Source of the DNA: Candidatus Eiseniibacteriota bacterium
Lineage (GTDB): Bacteria > Eisenbacteria > RBG-16-71-46 > CAIMUX01 > VGJL01
Direction: 5' to 3'
Length of the DNA stretch: 64,000 nucleotides
Assembly (NCBI GenBank): GCA_963792585.1
Contig: CAWBWI010000001.1
Coordinates: 1,312,001 to 1,376,000, forward strand
Shown: positions 59,124-64,000 of the stretch, in pieces
Numbering within the stretch: position 1 is the stretch's first letter
Layout of the letters: every line of letters begins with the position of its first letter
Made by a program: the position numbers and the translations under genes
The notes under the pieces: generated by a model
Databases searched by the model: none
What the model was told of the DNA's origin: nothing
The model's input: the letters and a program-made list of their open reading frames with translations, nothing else

Positions 59124-60503
59124 CTATTGCGCGACGTATTCGATCAAATCGAAGCGGGTCAGGATCCCGATGATCCGGTCGCCGTCCACGACGAGCAGCG
59201 CTGCGTCTCGCTCCGCCAGCTTGCGGGCGGCTTCGGCGACGGCGGTGTCGGCGGCGATCCGGGGCAAGGGCGGCTCCATCCTGGAGGACACGGTGTCTTC
59301 GAGGTGCATGCTGCCTTCGATCAGACCCGCCATGAGGTTCGACTCGAGCACGGTCCCGACGAAGGAGCCATCGGGGCCCTGCACGGGCAATTGCGACACG
59401 TTGTGCGCGCGGATCAGGCGAAGAGCCTCGCGGATCGCATCCTCGCCGCGGACCGACACGAGGGAAGGCAACGCCGCTCCCTTGGCCCGCACGACGTCGC
59501 CGGCGCGCGCCGCCTCGGGGTCGACCATCCGATTGTCGCGGAGCCACTCGTCGTTGTGGAGCTTGCTGAGGTAGCGCTCTCCGGTGTCGGGGATCAGGAC
59601 GACGACGACCTGGCCCGCCTCCATCGTCTCTGCGATTCGGAAGGCGGCCTCGACGGCAGTTCCCGCCGAGCCTCCGCAGAGGATCCCCTCCTCACGCGCG
59701 AGCCGCCGGGCGATGCGGAATGATGAGCGGTCGTCGATGGTGAGGATCTCGTCGATCACACTGAAGTCGAGGGTGCCGGGGATGATGTCCTCACCGATTC
59801 CCTCTACGAGATAGCTGCGCGCCGGCCCATGCTGCCCGCTCTCGAACACCTCGCGCAGGATCGATCCGTCGGGATCGGCGCCGACGATGCGGATCTTCGG
59901 GTTCTTTTCCTTCAGGAACCGGCCGGTTCCGGAGATCGTTCCGCCCGTGCCCATCCCCGCGACGAAGGCGTCGATCCGGCCACCGGTCTGCTCCCAGATC
60001 TCGGGACCGGTCGTCATGTAGTGGATCTCGGGATTGTCGGGGTTGAAGTACTGGTTGGCGAGGAAGGCTCCGGGGATCTCGCGCGAGAGACGCCGCGCGA
60101 CCTCGTAGTAGCTCTCCGGCGAATCGGGGGGGACGGCGGTCGGGGTCACGATGACGCGCGCCCCGTAGGCCTTGATCAGGTTGATCTTCTCCCGGCTCAT
60201 CTTGTCGGGCATCGTGACGATCAGCTTGTAGCCCTTGACGGCCGCTGCGATCGCCAGCCCGCATCCGGTGTTGCCCGAGGTCGACTCGACGATGGTCCCG
60301 CCGGGCTTCAAGAGCCCCGCCTTCTCGGCTTTCTCGATGATGTGGACCCCGATGCGATCCTTCACGCTCCCGCCGGGATTGAAGTACTCGACCTTTGCCA
60401 GAACCAACGGCTTGAGCCCCTGAGCGACCCGATTGAGTCTGACCAGGGGGGTGTTACCGATCGTCTGAAGGATGTTCTCGGAGTAGGTGTGCCCAGGCTT
60501 CAC
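59124..60503 (-). CDS. Cystathionine beta-synthase with C-terminal CBS domains
   Basis: NPGGSVKDR, TSGNTG, GMGTGGT, VEGIGED, PDTGERY, CBS pair. Confidence 0.93.
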   Translation of the reverse strand: MKPGHTYSENILQTIGNTPLVRLNRVAQGLKPLVLAKVEYFNPGGSVKDRIGVHIIEKAEKAGLLKPGGTIVESTSGNTGCGLAIAAAVKGYKLIVTMPDKMSREKINLIKAYGARVIVTPTAVPPDSPESYYEVARRLSREIPGAFLANQYFNPDNPEIHYMTTGPEIWEQTGGRIDAFVAGMGTGGTISGTGRFLKEKNPKIRIVGADPDGSILREVFESGQHGPARSYLVEGIGEDIIPGTLDFSVIDEILTIDDRSSFRIARRLAREEGILCGGSAGTAVEAAFRIAETMEAGQVVVVLIPDTGERYLSKLHNDEWLRDNRMVDPEAARAGDVVRAKGAALPSLVSVRGEDAIREALRLIRAHNVSQLPVQGPDGSFVGTVLESNLMAGLIEGSMHLEDTVSSRMEPPLPRIAADTAVAEAARKLAERDAALLVVDGDRIIGILTRFDLIEYVAQ

Positions 60504-60558
60504 GTACTTCTCCCTCCGCCACGCCCGGGCCGGGGGGAAACTACCCGCGCGGTGCCGA

Positions 60559-61914
60559 TCAGTGCTTGATTTTCGTCATGTAGGCTGCGAAATCCCAGCC
60601 CTTCGCCTTCCCCCACTCCCCCGTGTGGCACGCCGTACACGTCGCTTCCGTGATCGGCGCCGCCTTGTCGCCACGCGCATGCTGCGTTCCGATCGCGTGG
60701 CAGGATTCGCATCCGACATTCCGGAGATCCGGCTCTTTCAAATTCGCCGTGTAGCCACCGGCCTGTCCCGAGCCGGTCACATGGCAGGAGACGCACTGCG
60801 CGTCTGCCTGCTTCTGCTGGTTCTCGAGCACTGCGAAGGCGGTCGCGTGAGGCGTCGTGCGCCACTGCGCGTACTGCTCCTCATGGCACCGCTGACACTT
60901 CTCGCTGCCAAGGAATTTGTCCGAGGAGATCTTGGATTCGATCTCGGAAGCCTTCTTCTGCTGATCGACCTTGAGCATCTCCTTCGCCTGATCCTCGATT
61001 TGCTTGATCTGGGCCGTGATCTCGGCCTTCTCCGGGTAGACGGAATCGAGCGACGCATTGCGCGAGCCCCACTCCGCAACCTTCCCTGCCGGATCCACGA
61101 TCAAGACGAGTTCCCCAACGAACTGGCCCCGAAGCCCCGTCTGCTGGACGATGGTGTTCGTGGACTTTTGCGCCCGATCGATCCAGGCGGGCTGGCGGCC
61201 ATCGAGGGCCACGTCGATTCCCGGAACCTGCTTCAACAGCTCATCGGTCTCCTGCGGAGACATCTCCGACATCAGGACCACGATCTCGGCCTGCTTGCGC
61301 AGATCCAGCACGGACGCCCTGGCGACCGTGAGGGGGTCCTGCGGCCGGAATTCGATCCCTGCCGGAGGCTTGGCGGAGGAAACCTCGGCCGCCCCGATCA
61401 GGGAGAAGAATCCAACCCTCACCCCACCGATCTCCATGACATGGCTCGGCAGACCGGCGGGGGACTCCTTACCGTTCTCCACCACCGTGAGGTTCGTCGC
61501 GATCGATTTGATCGGGCTCGCCGAAACGAGCTCCCGGTAGAGAGTCCAATTCGTCAGTTCCCGGACGCCCGGAGTCGATGCGTTGTACCCCATCTGCTCC
61601 ATGAGCTTCCAGATGAAGCGCGTCTTCAGATCCCCCACCGTGAGCTCCGTGTTGGTGAAATCACCGAGGTCCACGAGGGCAAAGTCCTTGTTCCGCGCCC
61701 GGAGAGAGTCGATCAAGCTGGCCCGACGGGCCAGTCCGCCCTTCTGGCTAGAGTGTCACCCACAGGGGGCGAGTTCGCCGTTCGAACCGCCGAAGGAGAT
61801 CAGCATCACCTCTGCGTTCGTTTCCCGGCGATCGCTGCCCATCAAGCCGGCGCACCCGGCAAGGAGGGCGATACCCAAAAGGGCGAGCGTGGCGCGGCTG
61901 AAAATCCGCAACAT
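60559..61914 (-). CDS. Probable selenoprotein: UshA-like (CxU) lipoprotein fused to a tetraheme cytochrome c (c554-like); TGA 61756-61758 read as Sec
   Basis: LLAGC lipobox; GELAPCG-TGA-HSSQKGGLARR in frame with the 385-aa ORF; four CxxCH (CQRCH, CVSCH, CESCH, CTACH). Confidence 0.85.
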
Positions 61915-62040
61915 CCCAATTTCCTCCGTGTTCGCGGCCCGAGAAGACGGCCCTGAGCCCAACAGACAGAACAGGTTACCACCCATCATCGGCAGGTTCA
62001 AGCTCTCCGCTGAGGCTGGAACTCACCGCGGCAAAGGCGG

Positions 62041-64000
62041 CTAACGGCGCTGCCGCTCCCACTTCACGTCGGGTAGCGACTTGACGTTAATGCGGAATGA
62101 GTACTCCGAGTTCCCTCCGGACATCCGCTTGTCGAAATGCATCTCCCAGCAGTGGAGGTCTCGATCGAGCGAAAGGGACTGCGAACGGATCTCCCGACGC
62201 CGCACATCGTAGTAGATGCTGTAACCAACGTGCCAGTTCCGAGTTGGAGCGAGACTCGTCGTGACGTTCAAGGCGTTCTGCTCGCTGGAACGGAGCGCTC
62301 CCCGCGTGTAGCTGTGGCTCATGGAGAGGGTCCAAGGTCCGCCGTAGGAGCCGGTCGCCTCCCCCGGACGACTCCGTGACTTCCCGGCCTGCCCGAAGCT
62401 GCCGTATTCGTCCTGCTGAGATCCACCCATCGAATCGCTTGGAGCGCCCCCACCGCCGCCCGAGATGTTGAACGTCGTCTGGACGGAGAGGGCCAGCATT
62501 CGCCGCGAGTAAGGATCGTGGGACAGGCTGACCGAGTTCTCGACGAATCGGGACGGCTTGAGCCGCATCGAGTTGGCGATCGTGCTCAGAGGGTGCTTCG
62601 CCTTCAGGAAGTCGTAGCTCGTCGAGGTCGTCAAGAGGATCAGGTTGTCGATCCGGTTCGGTTTGTGCGGGTCCTCTCCCCGCGTCTTCAGGTGAAAGCG
62701 CTGGGTCATCGAGAAGGAGGCGGCGCTCGCCTTCGATCCGGAAATCGAGATCCCCCCGACCGACGGGAATGCCGGCACGAGGCTCCCCGCCTCATTGCGG
62801 TAGCGCAGGTACTTCAGATCGGGCGCGAAGCGGTAGGTGACCGAGGGTTCGACGACATGGCGCAGCCCCACCAGGGGTCCGGCATTGATGGGGAACGTGC
62901 CATAGAGCGTGCTGCGGGCTGAGGCCCCCGTGTCCCACGCACCCGCGAATGCGTTGTTGCGCGCGCGAACGTCTCGGCGGAACCAGACCCCATTCGCCGA
63001 GATCGAGGGGGCGAACTTGACGAAGTTGCCGATCGAGCGGCTGTCGGTCAGCCCGGTGGAGATGCGGGCGGCCTGATTGTCGGTCATCTTCCCGCCCCAG
63101 GGCTGCAGGAAAGCGCTCCGGTACGAGGCGGAGAGGCGCGTGTAGACCGTCGACAGGAACGGCAGGCGCCCCCCACGGCCGCGATCGTCCGGCTTCGTTC
63201 CGATCGCGAAGGAGTTCAGCGCGTAGTCGATCGAGGGGATGTTCTGCTGGACCCGGTAGGAGGACGATGCCTTGTCCAGGTTCTCCGTTCGATCCGCGGT
63301 CAGCGAGATGCTCGACGTGGACCAGTTCTTCCGCAAGTCGACGTTCGAGCGAAGGATGCGATTCAGCCGCTCGTCGACGGACCCCCCGAAGGCCTGGTCG
63401 TCACGGTAGCTGGCGTCGCTCACGAAGTTCATGAGGAACTTGAGGGTCGACCGATCGCCGAGCTGCTGATCGTGATTCCCTCGCAGGTCCCATCGGGTTC
63501 TCTTCGTGGCGTCGCCGGTTTCCTTCGAGTAGGAGCCGAAGAACTGCCCGGAGAGGACGTAGCGAAGACGGTAGCGAACCTGGGAATTCAAGATCCAGCG
63601 TGGGCTCTGCTCGTAGTAGTCGCCCCAGACCATCGCGTCGCTATAGTCGTTGGGCGCCAGATAGTAGCCGATGTTCCGGAGGAAGCGTCCGCGGTTCTGA
63701 CTGAAACCGAACTCGATGTCGGGCATCAGCACGCCGGAATGACGCCCCTTTCGGATCGGGAAAACCCAGTAAGGGAGCGCCAGGACCGGGATGTTCTTCA
63801 TGTAGAGGAAAATCGGGCGCGCGACGACTCGTTCTCCGAGGCGAATCTTCATTCGGGACGAGTGAAAGTGATAGTGAGAGGTGTCGGCGTCGCAGGTGGT
63901 GTAGTCCCCGCCCTTGACGAGGAGGATCTTGCTGTCGACCCGCTTGATCTCCTCGCCGTCGTAGTAGCCGCCGTCGAACTCGGTCTTCCCCTGGTAGACG
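62041..64000 (-). CDS. lptD: LPS-assembly protein LptD-like, 5' end outside the window
   Basis: YTTCD..HY, RHSGVLMP, RDLHCW; frame open to the window edge. Confidence 0.85.
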   Translation of the reverse strand, partial: VYQGKTEFDGGYYDGEEIKRVDSKILLVKGGDYTTCDADTSHYHFHSSRMKIRLGERVVARPIFLYMKNIPVLALPYWVFPIRKGRHSGVLMPDIEFGFSQNRGRFLRNIGYYLAPNDYSDAMVWGDYYEQSPRWILNSQVRYRLRYVLSGQFFGSYSKETGDATKRTRWDLRGNHDQQLGDRSTLKFLMNFVSDASYRDDQAFGGSVDERLNRILRSNVDLRKNWSTSSISLTADRTENLDKASSSYRVQQNIPSIDYALNSFAIGTKPDDRGRGGRLPFLSTVYTRLSASYRSAFLQPWGGKMTDNQAARISTGLTDSRSIGNFVKFAPSISANGVWFRRDVRARNNAFAGAWDTGASARSTLYGTFPINAGPLVGLRHVVEPSVTYRFAPDLKYLRYRNEAGSLVPAFPSVGGISISGSKASAASFSMTQRFHLKTRGEDPHKPNRIDNLILLTTSTSYDFLKAKHPLSTIANSMRLKPSRFVENSVSLSHDPYSRRMLALSVQTTFNISGGGGGAPSDSMGGSQQDEYGSFGQAGKSRSRPGEATGSYGGPWTLSMSHSYTRGALRSSEQNALNVTTSLAPTRNWHVGYSIYYDVRRREIRSQSLSLDRDLHCWEMHFDKRMSGGNSEYSFRINVKSLPDVKWERQRR

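Noticed and set aside
57856..59574. 572-aa + strand ORF and many similar long ORFs (e.g. 45347-46912, 53560-54942, 60487-61956)
   Set aside because: Antisense or alternate-frame shadows of well-supported genes, expected at high GC.

Overview
GC-rich bacterial chromosomal window. The host is probably an FCB-group-like organism such as Ca. Eisenbacteria, inferred only from a FlgD-Ig-tailed secreted protein and the LptD type. Housekeeping genes occupy 1-4.9 kb (msrA, Hsp33, tadA) and 41-64 kb (CheY/CheX, mnmA, pgi, rhomboid, giant secreted repeat protein, SpoIIE phosphatase, cystathionine beta-synthase and gamma-lyase, LptD). Between them is a ~35.8-kb integrative element bounded by a 44-bp direct repeat of the tRNA-Arg(ACG) 3' half (4924-4967 and 40725-40768). 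Its left arm (+ strand) looks like a phage satellite: tyrosine integrase, AlpA, DnaB-N/AAA_25 helicase, and a lambda-type cos-like site. A ParB / PAPS-reductase-like (IbrA) / HTH / ParB (IbrB) / GNAT cassette follows, then DUF3560, an HNH-like gene, and small and large (GpA) terminase. No intact portal, capsid or tail gene is recognisable. The right arm is defence-like cargo: HEPN-motif proteins, two TIR/NDT-like proteins, a frameshifted AAA ATPase, and an operon XRE - SNF2 helicase - N6-MTase - YprA/DUF1998 helicase (fused to a nuclease and a LexA-like S24 domain) - PD-(D/E)xK nuclease. Outside the element, a probable selenoprotein (CxU UshA-like lipoprotein fused to a tetraheme cytochrome c) is split at an in-frame TGA in the ORF track. 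All calls come from motif recognition by eye; no searches were run.
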